DNA from: Chthoniobacteraceae bacterium
GTDB taxonomy: Bacteria; Verrucomicrobiota; Verrucomicrobiia; Chthoniobacterales; Chthoniobacteraceae
Assembly: GCA_040081625.1 (NCBI GenBank)
Contig: JBEBGD010000049.1
Span: 1 to 38,290 of the forward strand
Reading direction: 5' to 3'
DNA: 38,290 nt
Each line of letters begins with the position of its first letter. Positions within the stretch are counted from its first letter, which is position 1. Below are positions 1-9,619 of this stretch, piece after piece. The position numbers were made by a program, and so were the translations under genes. The notes under the pieces are model-generated. The model had not been told where the DNA came from. It made no database searches and was given only the letters and a program-made list of their open reading frames with translations.

Positions 1-29
1 CTCCCCACGATCGCGATTGTCCCCCCGCC

Positions 30-3000
30 ATGAAACGCCTCATCGTCCTCCTGCCGCTCTTCATCCTCGCCGCACACGCCGCGCCCGTGGCGATCTTCGA
101 CGGCAGGACGCTCGATGGCTGGGACTACGATCCGAAAATCTGGCGCGTCGAGGACGGGATGATCTCCGGCGGCTCGACAACGGAGAAGATTCGCGAGAAC
201 CACTTCATCGCGACTAAGAAGAGCTACGCGAACTTCGAGTTGCGGCTGAAGATCAAGTGCGGCGGCGATCCGGCGACGGGGATGCTCAACAGCGGCATCC
301 AGATTCGCAGCCTGCGCGTGCCGGGCGGCGCGCACATGAGCGGGTATCAGATCGATTGCGGGAAGGGGTGGTTCGGGAAAATCTACGACGAGTTCCGGCG
401 CAATCGCGTGATCGCCGAGCCGGTCGATGCCGCCGCGCTGGAGAAGGTCGTGGATGTGCTCGGATGGAATGAATACCGCATCCGCGCCGAAGGGCCGCGC
501 ATCCAGACTTGGATCAATGGCGTGCTCGCGATCGACTACACCGAGACGGATCCGAACATCGCGCTCGACGGGCAGATCGGCCCGCAGGTCCACAGCGGCG
601 GCGCGTGTCTGGTGCAGGTGAAGGACGTGACCATCGAGGAACTCCCGCCGACGCCGAACGCGCCGACTTGGGAAAAGCTCGGCGGCGTCGAAGCCGCGCG
701 AAAGCTCGTCGCCCCGCCGCCGAAACCGCGGCCAGGCGCATCCGCCGCACCTGCGAAGAAGGACATCTCTTACAACGCCGTGCAGGGCACCGCGAAGACC
801 GCCGCCGAGCAGCAAAAGCTCTTTCGCCTTCCCGACGGTTACGAGATCGAACTCGTGCTCCAGGAGAGCGAAGGACTCGGCAAATTCATCAGCGTTTATT
901 TCGACCAGCGCGGGCGGATGTGGACGCAAACCGCGCTCGAGTATCCGGTCGATGGAAACGAAAACGCAGTAGCAGCAGCCGCGCTCTACAAGTCGAAGGC
1001 GAAGGACAAGGTGCTCGTCTTCCCGCGCGAAGCGCTGAACGCGCCGCTCCCCGCCGGTGGCCTCACAAATCCGACCATCTTCGCCGATGGCCTCGCCATC
1101 CCGCTCGGCATCCTGCCGTGGGGCGCGGGCGACGCGTGCTACATCCAGCACGGGCCCGACCTGAAGCTCTTCAAGGACACGAACGGTGACGGTCGCGCCG
1201 ACACGAGCGAGGTCGTGCTCACCGGCTTCGGCGTGCAGGACTCGCATCTCTTCCCGCATCAATTCACGCGCGCCCCCGGCGGCTGGATCTGGATGGCGCA
1301 GGGCCTTTTCAACAACAGCAAACCGCAGAAGCCCGGCGACGAGAAGGCGGTCGATTGGCCGAAATGCTCGATGGCGAAGATGCGGCCCGACGGGAGCCAA
1401 TTTGAAGTCACCAGCACCGGCCCGAACAACATCTGGGGCCTCGTGATCACGGGCGAAGGCGAGGCGTTCATCCAGGAGGCGAACGACTTCGGCTACCCCG
1501 TCATGCCCTTCCACGAATACGCCTACTACCCCGGCGGCATGGAGCCGCTGCGGCGCAGCTACCAGCCGGAGTTCCCCGCGACCGCGGAGTTTCGCATGGG
1601 CGGCACAGGGCTCAGTGGCCTCGCACTGGTGGAAGCGACGCGCTCGTCGCTCCGTGCTGGCGGCGCCTCGCCGCCGGATCTGGTGATGGCGGTGGCGAAT
1701 CCCATCATCTCGAAAGTGCAGACGCTCGCCATGCACCGCGACGGCCCGCGCTGGCGGCTCGAGCAAACCGCCGATCTCATCACCTGCGACGACCCGTTCT
1801 TCCGCCCCGTCGCGATGACCAACGGCCCCGACGGCTGCATCTACATCGTCGATTGGTATAACAAGATCATCTCGCACAACGAAGTCCCGCGCGCCCACCC
1901 CGACCGCGACAAGACCCGCGGACGCATCTGGCGCGTGAAAGCGAAAGGCGCGAAGCCGGTGGAGATCCCGGACTTCACGAAGCTAAGCGGCGACGAGTTG
2001 ATCGCGAAGCTCGGTAGCGAACCGCTGGCGCAGAGCCATCTCGCGTGGCAGGCATTTGAAGACCATGCGTCAATTCCCGAAGAGCCAGCCTACGAAAAGC
2101 TCGCCGCTATTTGGAGCAATCCGAAGCAACCGGTCGCCCGACGAGTCCAAGCGCTGTGGTGCACCGACAGGGTCGGCTTCGACTACGATTTACTAATCGC
2201 GTTGGAGCGTGACCCGAATCCCAACGTGCGGCGCGAAGCGATTCGAGCCTACAATGGTTGGGCGAGTGGACTTTCCGTTTTCGAGCTGGCCGACGAGTTC
2301 GGGGATCTTGCGAACGATCCTGACCCGACCGTCCGGCGTGAATTGCTCGGATGGTTGGGACGGCGTTTCATCGAAGAAGCCGACCTAAGCGTCACGCTTT
2401 CTGGAAAGCTTCCCAAGCCCGCTTGGGCAGAGAACATCGGCGTCGAATACAAAGGTTTCCGCACGCTGCTCGCCTCGGTGAAGCCGCCGTTGGATGGGCC
2501 GCTGGCTCCGTCCACACGCGGCGGCAAGCCGATCAAAGTCCGCGAAGCCTACGACCGCGAGTTCGAGCGTTACCTCGTGCGGATGTTCCTCGAGCAGCAC
2601 CCACTCGCGGTGGCGTGGTATCTGGACTCCGCAGCCGGAGAAAGCCTGCCCGTCGAAGCCCGCCTGCTCGCCTCGCTCGCGCTGGAACCGAAGGCCAGCG
2701 CGGCGCGCGTGGCGAAGCTGCTGCCGCAACTCCAGCGCGCGCCGGGGCAGGAGGAAGTGCTGCGCCTTGCGCAATTCCCCGACGAGCCGGGCGTCGGCGA
2801 CGCGTTGCGCGCCGTTCTTTCCAATCCCGCGACGCGCACCGGCGTGCTCGAAGCCCTGCTCGCCACACGCACGCGGCTCGACAGCGCGAAGCTCGCGCCG
2901 CTGCTCACCGCCGCCGCAAAGCAGCTCCTCGCCGATCCCGCCGGCGGGCAATTCGGCGCGCAACTCGCAGGCGCATTTCAACTCGTCGACACCGAAGCCG

Positions 3001-4571
3001 CGCTCGTCACCCTCGTGGAAAACGGAACCTCGGAGAGCCGCGATTCGATCGCCGGCGAGCCCGGTCACCGCACCTACCTCGCGCTGTCGCCCGTGGCTGT
3101 TCAGGGACTGAAAGCACTGCGCGAGATCCGTAGCGAAAAGCTGGATCTGTTCGATCGCCTCGCCCGATTCGGCCAGCAGACCGAAGTTCGCGACGACGCC
3201 CTCGCGGCGCTGGCTTCATCGCGCTCGCCACAGGCAGGGGAATATCTTTTGAAGTTGTGGCCGAATCTGGAACCCGGCCCGCGCCGCAACGCGCTCGATC
3301 GCCTCGCTTCGACCAAGCCCGGCGCGAAGACCATCGTCGGCGCCATCCGCAGCGGCACAATGAAGAAGGACGAACTCGACGGCCCGACGGTCGAGAAACT
3401 GCAAGCCGTGCTCGGCGATGATCGCGATCTTGCCGCGTTGCTCGGCGAACTCGCGTCGCTCTTCCGCCCCGTGCTCGCGTTCGACGGCAAGGAAAACGCG
3501 TGGACCGAGACCGGCGTGACGCTCGACGGACCGTTCACCGTCGAGAGCTGGGTGCGGCTCGATCCTGGCATCACGAACGCCGACGGCATCCTCGGCGCGC
3601 CTGGCCAGCTCGACATCAATTTCCACCAGTCGAAGTTCCGCGTGTGGGTCGGCGGCCCGGTCCACGACGCGATCGTGTCGAAGAAGCCAATGACGCCGGA
3701 CCTCTGGACCCACGTCGCCGTGACGCGCGACGCGAAGGGGATGTTCCGGCTCTTTCAGGACGGCGAACTCGTCGCCGACGAGTCGAAGGTCGCGACGGCG
3801 AAGTTTGAGAACGTGCGCATCGGCTGGACGAACGCGAAGGGCGGCACCGCCGGCGCGCTGAGCGAACTCCGCATTTGGAAGCGCGTGCGCACGCCCGAGG
3901 AAATCCGGCGCGACTTCGACCGAACACTGGGAGGGGCGGCGTCCTCGCCGCCCTCTGCCGCGCAGCGGCAGCCCCGGGGTGCGCCTACGGCGCACACGGC
4001 GGCGGGGACGCCGCCGCTCCTTGTGCTCAGCTCTGCCGACGGCTGGGGCAAGGTCCAGCTCGGCGCGAAGCTCGCGAAGACGAGCGACTTTCCACCGGTG
4101 ATGAGCGTCGCCGAGGCAGCAGCGGTGGATGCGAACTTCGCGAAGTTTCATGCGCTCGCCGATAAGCCCGGCGACGCGACGCGCGGGAAAAATGCCGCGA
4201 TGCTCTGCTCGGCCTGCCACCTTTTCAAAGGCCAGGGCGGAAACATCGGGCCGGACCTAAGCGGCGTCGGCGCGATGGGCACCGAGGCGATCCTGCGAAA
4301 CTTGCTCACGCCAAACGCGGCGATGGAAGCGGGCTATCGAATCTTCCGCGTGGAGTTGAAGAACGGCGACCTCCTCGACGCGTTCTTCGTCAGCGAAGAC
4401 AAGAATGCGGTCGTCGTGCGCCAGCCCGGCGCTCCCGACCGCCGCATCGCGAAGACCGAAATCCGCAGCACCAAATACCTACGCCGATCGCTCATGCCCG
4501 AGGGCCTGCTCGAAACATTCACGCCCGAGCAGATCAGCGATCTCTTCGCCTATCTCAAGTCGATGAAGTAA
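30..4571 (+). CDS. PVC-type heme-binding (CxxCH) membrane-associated dehydrogenase-like protein: signal peptide, DUF1080-like domain, beta-propeller, HEAT-like repeats, LamG domain, C-terminal cytochrome c
   Basis: 1513-aa ORF. Signal peptide MKRLIVLLPLFILAAHA; DUF1080 motifs (IFDGRTLDGW, NSGIQIRS, WNEYRIRAEG); propeller motifs (FRPVAMTNGPDGCIYIVDWYN, DKTRGRIWR); LamG-like FTVESWVR...WTHVAVTRD...ELRIW; CSACH...GPDLSGVG...SLMPEGL. Confidence 0.9.
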   Translation: MKRLIVLLPLFILAAHAAPVAIFDGRTLDGWDYDPKIWRVEDGMISGGSTTEKIRENHFIATKKSYANFELRLKIKCGGDPATGMLNSGIQIRSLRVPGGAHMSGYQIDCGKGWFGKIYDEFRRNRVIAEPVDAAALEKVVDVLGWNEYRIRAEGPRIQTWINGVLAIDYTETDPNIALDGQIGPQVHSGGACLVQVKDVTIEELPPTPNAPTWEKLGGVEAARKLVAPPPKPRPGASAAPAKKDISYNAVQGTAKTAAEQQKLFRLPDGYEIELVLQESEGLGKFISVYFDQRGRMWTQTALEYPVDGNENAVAAAALYKSKAKDKVLVFPREALNAPLPAGGLTNPTIFADGLAIPLGILPWGAGDACYIQHGPDLKLFKDTNGDGRADTSEVVLTGFGVQDSHLFPHQFTRAPGGWIWMAQGLFNNSKPQKPGDEKAVDWPKCSMAKMRPDGSQFEVTSTGPNNIWGLVITGEGEAFIQEANDFGYPVMPFHEYAYYPGGMEPLRRSYQPEFPATAEFRMGGTGLSGLALVEATRSSLRAGGASPPDLVMAVANPIISKVQTLAMHRDGPRWRLEQTADLITCDDPFFRPVAMTNGPDGCIYIVDWYNKIISHNEVPRAHPDRDKTRGRIWRVKAKGAKPVEIPDFTKLSGDELIAKLGSEPLAQSHLAWQAFEDHASIPEEPAYEKLAAIWSNPKQPVARRVQALWCTDRVGFDYDLLIALERDPNPNVRREAIRAYNGWASGLSVFELADEFGDLANDPDPTVRRELLGWLGRRFIEEADLSVTLSGKLPKPAWAENIGVEYKGFRTLLASVKPPLDGPLAPSTRGGKPIKVREAYDREFERYLVRMFLEQHPLAVAWYLDSAAGESLPVEARLLASLALEPKASAARVAKLLPQLQRAPGQEEVLRLAQFPDEPGVGDALRAVLSNPATRTGVLEALLATRTRLDSAKLAPLLTAAAKQLLADPAGGQFGAQLAGAFQLVDTEAALVTLVENGTSESRDSIAGEPGHRTYLALSPVAVQGLKALREIRSEKLDLFDRLARFGQQTEVRDDALAALASSRSPQAGEYLLKLWPNLEPGPRRNALDRLASTKPGAKTIVGAIRSGTMKKDELDGPTVEKLQAVLGDDRDLAALLGELASLFRPVLAFDGKENAWTETGVTLDGPFTVESWVRLDPGITNADGILGAPGQLDINFHQSKFRVWVGGPVHDAIVSKKPMTPDLWTHVAVTRDAKGMFRLFQDGELVADESKVATAKFENVRIGWTNAKGGTAGALSELRIWKRVRTPEEIRRDFDRTLGGAASSPPSAAQRQPRGAPTAHTAAGTPPLLVLSSADGWGKVQLGAKLAKTSDFPPVMSVAEAAAVDANFAKFHALADKPGDATRGKNAAMLCSACHLFKGQGGNIGPDLSGVGAMGTEAILRNLLTPNAAMEAGYRIFRVELKNGDLLDAFFVSEDKNAVVVRQPGAPDRRIAKTEIRSTKYLRRSLMPEGLLETFTPEQISDLFAYLKSMK
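3930..4020. repeat. REP/MITE-like palindromic element, in frame within the heme-protein gene
   Basis: 23-bp imperfect inverted repeats (3930-3952 / 3998-4020, 21/23 match) enclose two perfect 7-bp hairpins (3955-3971, 3979-3995). Confidence 0.7.
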
Positions 4572-4585
4572 CGCCTGCGCTGCGC

Positions 4586-5959
4586 CTACCCATACCGCAG
4601 CGCCTCGATGGGGCTGAGCTTGGCGGCTTTGATTGCGGGGAAAAGGCCGGCGACGATGCCGACAGCAACGCTGAACGCGAATGCGACGGCCATGCTCTCC
4701 GTCAGGATGACAGGCGTGTTTTCGCTCGATGAGAGCGCGACGATCAGCTTCACGAGCAGCACCGACGCGCACAATCCCGCAAGCCCGCCGACGACGGCGA
4801 TGACGACGCTCTCGACGAGGATCTGCATGAACACATCGAAGAACGATGCGCCGATCGCCTTGCGGATGCCGATCTCGCGCACCCGCTCGGTGATGCTCGC
4901 GAGCATGATGTTCATGATGCCGATGCCGCCCGCCAGCAGGCTGATCGCGGCGATGATTCCGCCGCTCATGCGCGCGTTGCCGATCGATTGGTTGATGCTC
5001 TCGAGGTTGTTCTCCTGAGTGGCGAAGGTGAAGTCCTCGATGCCGTTGTGAGTGGTGAGAAGGACGTTGCGCGCCTGCGCGAGCGCGGCTTCGAGATCGG
5101 CGAGATCGACGACCTTGAGATCAATGTCCGAGAGCGTGGGATCGGGGATGCTGTTCAACCCGCTCGTCGCGCGGAAGCGCAGCCACATCGTGTTCAGCGG
5201 AATGTAGGCGGTCATGTTTTTGCGATCGAACGCCCAATGACTTCGCGATGTGTTGCCGCCCCCGTAGCCGGGCCGTCCACGCTCGACTGCCTGCTTCCTT
5301 TCCACGACGGCAGAGACACCGGCGAGTTCGCGTCGCCGCCGATCCTGCTCACTCTCGTAATGCTGGAACATGCCGACGATCGTGAAGGTCTGCCCATTGA
5401 TCTGCACGCGTTCGCCGAGCGGCACGACCTCGCGCCCGAGCTTCTCCGGCGAACCGAACAGCGCATCGCGAATGCCCGTGCCGATGACGCAGACGGCGTT
5501 CGCGTGTTCTTCGTCGATCTCGTTGAAAAAGCGGCCGTGCTCGAGGTGATGCAGGTTCATGTCGAGCACGACGGGCCAGACTCCACAGAACTCCATCGGC
5601 TTCACGCGCAGATCGCCGCGCGAGAAGACGACGCGATCGAGCGCCATCTCCGGCGACACCATGCGAATGAGCGGCGCGCTCCGGCGCAACGCCTCGACAT
5701 CCCTGATCGTGCGGCCCGGTGCCTGGTCCGCGAGGTGACTCTGCCACACCGGCACCGGCGCTTCGCGAGTGAGCACCTTGTCGAGTCCGCCGAGCGCGAT
5801 CATCGCTTCCTTCATGCCGTTCTCCATCCCTTTGACGATGGCGGACATGGCCACCAGGCTCGACACGCCGAGCACGATCCCGAGCATGGTGAGCAGCGAG
5901 CGGAATTTGTTCGCGAAGATTTCGCGCAGGCCGACGAGGATGGCGTTCAGCAGGAACAC
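4586..5959 (-). CDS. MacB/FtsX-family (ABC3) transporter permease, paralog 2
   Basis: 457 aa. RSLLTMLGIVLGV, GGIGIMNIMLASITERVREIGIRKAIGA, PAIKAAKLSPIEALRY. Confidence 0.92.
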   Translation of the reverse strand: MFLLNAILVGLREIFANKFRSLLTMLGIVLGVSSLVAMSAIVKGMENGMKEAMIALGGLDKVLTREAPVPVWQSHLADQAPGRTIRDVEALRRSAPLIRMVSPEMALDRVVFSRGDLRVKPMEFCGVWPVVLDMNLHHLEHGRFFNEIDEEHANAVCVIGTGIRDALFGSPEKLGREVVPLGERVQINGQTFTIVGMFQHYESEQDRRRRELAGVSAVVERKQAVERGRPGYGGGNTSRSHWAFDRKNMTAYIPLNTMWLRFRATSGLNSIPDPTLSDIDLKVVDLADLEAALAQARNVLLTTHNGIEDFTFATQENNLESINQSIGNARMSGGIIAAISLLAGGIGIMNIMLASITERVREIGIRKAIGASFFDVFMQILVESVVIAVVGGLAGLCASVLLVKLIVALSSSENTPVILTESMAVAFAFSVAVGIVAGLFPAIKAAKLSPIEALRYG

Positions 5960-5975
5960 GGCGGCGAATCAGCGA

Positions 5976-7463
5976 CTACTCATACCGCAGCGCCTGGATC
6001 GGGTTGAGCTTCGCCGCTTTGATCGCCGGAAAGAGCCCGGCGAGGATGCCGACCGCGACGCTGAATGCGAATGCGAGGAGCATACTTTCCGCGGTGATCA
6101 TCGGCGTGTTCTCGGTCGGCGACATCGCCACGAGAAGTTTCACGAGCATGCTCGAAGTGAGCAGGCCGGCCAGTCCGCCGATGATCGCGATAACGACGCT
6201 CTCGACGAGGATCTGCGTGAATACATCGAAGAACGACGCGCCGATCGCCTTGCGGATGCCGATCTCGCGCACCCGCTCGGTGATGCTCGCGAGCATGATG
6301 TTCATGATGCCGATACCGCCGACGAGCAGGCTGATCGCGGAGATGATCCCGCCGCTCATGCGCGCGTTGCTGATCGCCTGCGTGATGCCTTCCGACCAGT
6401 TCTCCTGCGTCCGAAACGAGAAGTCCTCGATGCCCTTGTGCGAGTGCATGAGGACGTTCTTCGCCTGCTGCAAGGCCTCGTCCATCCTGTCGATGTCGGC
6501 GATCTTGATCGAAAGCGTCGAAAGCCGCGGATCGGGGACGAACTCCGGATTTCCCGCGACGCCGATCGAGTTCCCGCCACCGCTGCTCGAGCTTCCGCCG
6601 CTGCTGCTCCGGCTCCCGCTGGACGACGAACTGCTGCTGCTGCTCGTGATCCCGGTCGCCGCTCGGAATCTCAGCCACATCGTGTTGAGCGGGATATAGA
6701 CGGTGTTGTTTTTCAGGTCGAAGACGAAGCCGCCCGGCGATCGGCTGCTGCTCTTGCTTCCGCTCATGCTGCCGTAGCCGCGGCTACGCTCGGGTCCGCT
6801 CTTGTTTTCCGCGGGCTGCGCCGCCGCCATCTCGCGCAGCTTCTTGTCCTGCTCGCTCTCGTAGTGCTCGAACATCCCGATGATCTTGAAGCGCTGGTTG
6901 TTGATGTTCACGAACTCGCCGATCGGAATCACTTCCCGCCCGATCTGCGCCGGCGATCCGAAGAGCGCGTCGCGGACGGCGGTGCCGATGACGCAGACGT
7001 TGCGCGCCTTTTCGTCGTCCACTTCGTTGAACATCCGTCCGTGCGCGACGACGTGCTGGTTCAGTTCGATGGCGCTCGGCCACGTGCCGGAGAAGTTCCA
7101 CGGGTTGATGTTCTTTCCCCGGTAACTCATCGTGATGCTCCGCGCGCGCATATCCGGCACGACCATCGTGACCAAGGGCGCGCTGCTCATGAGCGCATAC
7201 ACATCGCTCATCGTCGTGCCCACCGCCTGGTCGGCGAGGTGCTGCTGCCAGACCGGGATGTCCTGGTCTTCGATGCGCACTTTCTCCAGTCCGCCGATGG
7301 CGATGAGCGCCTCCTTCATCCCGTTCTCCATGCCTTTCACGAGCGCGGACATGGCGACGAGGCTCGAGACACCGAGGATGATGCCGAGCATCGTGAGCAG
7401 GGAGCGAAACTTGTTCGCGAAGATTTCCTTCAGCCCGACGATGACGGCGCTGAACCAGTTCAT
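5976..7463 (-). CDS. MacB/FtsX-family (ABC3) transporter permease, paralog 1, with a Ser/Gly-rich periplasmic insert
   Basis: 495 aa. Same MacB motifs; ATGA overlap with the upstream ATPase gene (7460-7463). Confidence 0.92.
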   Translation of the reverse strand: MNWFSAVIVGLKEIFANKFRSLLTMLGIILGVSSLVAMSALVKGMENGMKEALIAIGGLEKVRIEDQDIPVWQQHLADQAVGTTMSDVYALMSSAPLVTMVVPDMRARSITMSYRGKNINPWNFSGTWPSAIELNQHVVAHGRMFNEVDDEKARNVCVIGTAVRDALFGSPAQIGREVIPIGEFVNINNQRFKIIGMFEHYESEQDKKLREMAAAQPAENKSGPERSRGYGSMSGSKSSSRSPGGFVFDLKNNTVYIPLNTMWLRFRAATGITSSSSSSSSSGSRSSSGGSSSSGGGNSIGVAGNPEFVPDPRLSTLSIKIADIDRMDEALQQAKNVLMHSHKGIEDFSFRTQENWSEGITQAISNARMSGGIISAISLLVGGIGIMNIMLASITERVREIGIRKAIGASFFDVFTQILVESVVIAIIGGLAGLLTSSMLVKLLVAMSPTENTPMITAESMLLAFAFSVAVGILAGLFPAIKAAKLNPIQALRYE

Positions 7464-8215
7464 GACGCGGACGCCTCGTCGTCTTCGCGCGCCGTGCCGA
7501 CGGAAAACTTCCGGCCCTCGCGCCGGCCCGCCAGCTTCGCGTCCACGTTCGTCGCGATCCTGCCATCGCGGATCTCGATCTTCCGCGGGGTCACCGCCGC
7601 GATCTCGGGGTCGTGCGTCACGAGCGCGATGGTGCTGCCCTTGAGGCTCAGTTCGTGGAAAAGATTCAGGATCGTCTCGCCGGTGTGCGAATCGAGGTTC
7701 CCGGTCGGTTCGTCGGCGAAGATGATCTTCGGGTTGTTCACCAGTGCGCGCGCGATTGCGGCGCGCTGTTGCTGGCCCCCGGAGAGCTGCATCGGGCGGT
7801 GCTTCGCGCGATTCTCCATCTCGACGAGGCGCAGCGCGTCCATCGCGCGGTCGCGGCGTTCGCGCGCGCCGCAGCCCGCATAGACCATCGGCAGCTCGAC
7901 ATTCTGCAGCACGCTCAGTTTCGGCAGCAGATTGAAGAACTGGAACACGAAGCCGATCTTGCGGTTCCGAATCCGCGCCAGTTCGCGCATCGACGCGGCG
8001 GAAATCTCGGTGCCGTCGAGCTTGATGCTGCCTTTGCTCGGCGAGTCGAGGCAGCCGAGGATGTGCATGAGCGTGGACTTGCCGCTGCCCGACGGGCCGA
8101 TGATCGAGATGAATTCACCGCCGTCGATATCGAGGTCGATGTTATCGAGCGCGCGGATTTCCTCGCCACCGAGGTGGTAGATCTTGCTCACGCCTCGCAG
8201 TTCGATGAGTGCCAT
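7460..8215 (-). CDS. ABC transporter ATP-binding protein (LolD/MacB-like)
   Basis: Walker A GPSGSGKST, signature LSGGQQQR, Walker B/D-loop IIFADEPTGNLD, H-loop VTHD. Confidence 0.95.
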   Translation of the reverse strand: MALIELRGVSKIYHLGGEEIRALDNIDLDIDGGEFISIIGPSGSGKSTLMHILGCLDSPSKGSIKLDGTEISAASMRELARIRNRKIGFVFQFFNLLPKLSVLQNVELPMVYAGCGARERRDRAMDALRLVEMENRAKHRPMQLSGGQQQRAAIARALVNNPKIIFADEPTGNLDSHTGETILNLFHELSLKGSTIALVTHDPEIAAVTPRKIEIRDGRIATNVDAKLAGRREGRKFSVGTAREDDEASAS

Positions 8216-8229
8216 CGCGACGGGGAAGT

Positions 8230-9483
8230 TTAGCCGCCCGAGCTCCGGCGCTCGCTGCCTCCCGGTGCCGGCTTGCCGTCCTTGCCGGGCGCACCTTTTC
8301 CGTCGCCGCCCTTTCCTCCGCCTTTCTTCGCAGCCGCGCCGAAAGCCTGCTGCGCCTTGCCTTCGTCCTCGGCCGGCGTCACGAGCGAGACCGTCTCGCC
8401 GCCTTCCAGTCCACTCGTCACTTCCGCGAAGTCGTAATCGGTGACGCCGATCCGAATCGGCACGCGCGCGAACTTCCCGCCCTGCTGCACGTAGGCGAAG
8501 CGCTCGCCCTGGTCGGTGAAGACCGCAGCCAGCGGCACCGCGAGCACATTGTCGGCGGCTTCGAGCGGGATCGTCAGGTTCGCAGTCATGCCGGGCAGCA
8601 CGCCGGACTTGCCGTCGTTCTTCACGATCACGCGCGTGGCGAATCCCTTGATGCCGTTGCGGATCGTGGCCTGCGGCGCGATGCGATCGAGCCGGCCGAT
8701 GAGTTTCAACCCGGCGACCGCCTCGACCTCGATATGCACCTCCTGATCGACCTTCAGCCGCGTCACGTCGGCCTGGTTGATGTGCGCGTTGATGATGAGT
8801 TCGCCGAGGTCCGCGATGGTGAGCACCTCGGTGCCGCTGTTCACGCCGCTCGCGCCCGACACCGCCTGCCCGATCGAGACCGGGCGTGTCAGCACCGTGC
8901 AGTCGAAGGGTGCGGTGATCTTCGTCTTCGCGAGCTTGTCCTCGACGATCTGCAGCGCCTTTCCCGTGCGCTCGAGATTGTTCCCCGCGATCTCGAGGGC
9001 ATTCTTCGCGACATCGAGTTCGAGCTTCACGTTGTCATAGACCTCCTCCGACACGAGCTTCTGCTCGGCCAGCCCCTGCGTGCGCGTGAACGACAGTTCG
9101 ATCTTCTGCATCGCCAGCCGCGACGCGTTCACCTGCAGCTTCGAGCCCTCGATCTCGATCTGCCGCTGCGACTTCTCGGTCTGCAAATCCTGGTCATCGA
9201 GCGCGAAAAGCAACTCGCCCTTTTTCACGCGGTCGCCGATGTCCACGGGCAATTCCTCGATGCGCCCGCTGATTTCCGGGCGAACGGAGACCTGTTCCGC
9301 CGGCGTGATTTCGCCCGCGGCGGAAATGGCGAAGCTGATACTGCGCGCGGTGACGACCGCTGTCGTGGGCCGCGAACTTTTGCCGGCGGCCGCCGTCTCC
9401 GGCGACTTCCACGACATCCGGCTGGCAATATATCCGCCGCCCAAAACGACGAGAGCCGCAGGCCAGATCAGGAGTTTGTTCAT
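8230..9483 (-). CDS. MacA-like efflux periplasmic adaptor (membrane fusion protein)
   Basis: Probable start is the ATG at 9483 (MNKLLIWPAALVVLGGG, N-terminal TM). Lipoyl-like VRPEISGRIEELPVDIGDRVKKGELL, coiled coil, ITAPFD, LPGMTAN. Confidence 0.9.
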   Translation of the reverse strand: MNKLLIWPAALVVLGGGYIASRMSWKSPETAAAGKSSRPTTAVVTARSISFAISAAGEITPAEQVSVRPEISGRIEELPVDIGDRVKKGELLFALDDQDLQTEKSQRQIEIEGSKLQVNASRLAMQKIELSFTRTQGLAEQKLVSEEVYDNVKLELDVAKNALEIAGNNLERTGKALQIVEDKLAKTKITAPFDCTVLTRPVSIGQAVSGASGVNSGTEVLTIADLGELIINAHINQADVTRLKVDQEVHIEVEAVAGLKLIGRLDRIAPQATIRNGIKGFATRVIVKNDGKSGVLPGMTANLTIPLEAADNVLAVPLAAVFTDQGERFAYVQQGGKFARVPIRIGVTDYDFAEVTSGLEGGETVSLVTPAEDEGKAQQAFGAAAKKGGGKGGDGKGAPGKDGKPAPGGSERRSSGG

Positions 9484-9619
9484 GGATTGAAAAGAAAGGT
9501 AATCGAAGGACGACGAAATGCGGAGTTGGAAGATGCTCCGGGCAGGCGATGCCGGCAAAGTCAAAGACCCCCGACTGTCGGGCGTGTTTGAAAAATGGGC
9601 TGCACCGCGACGAGCGACC

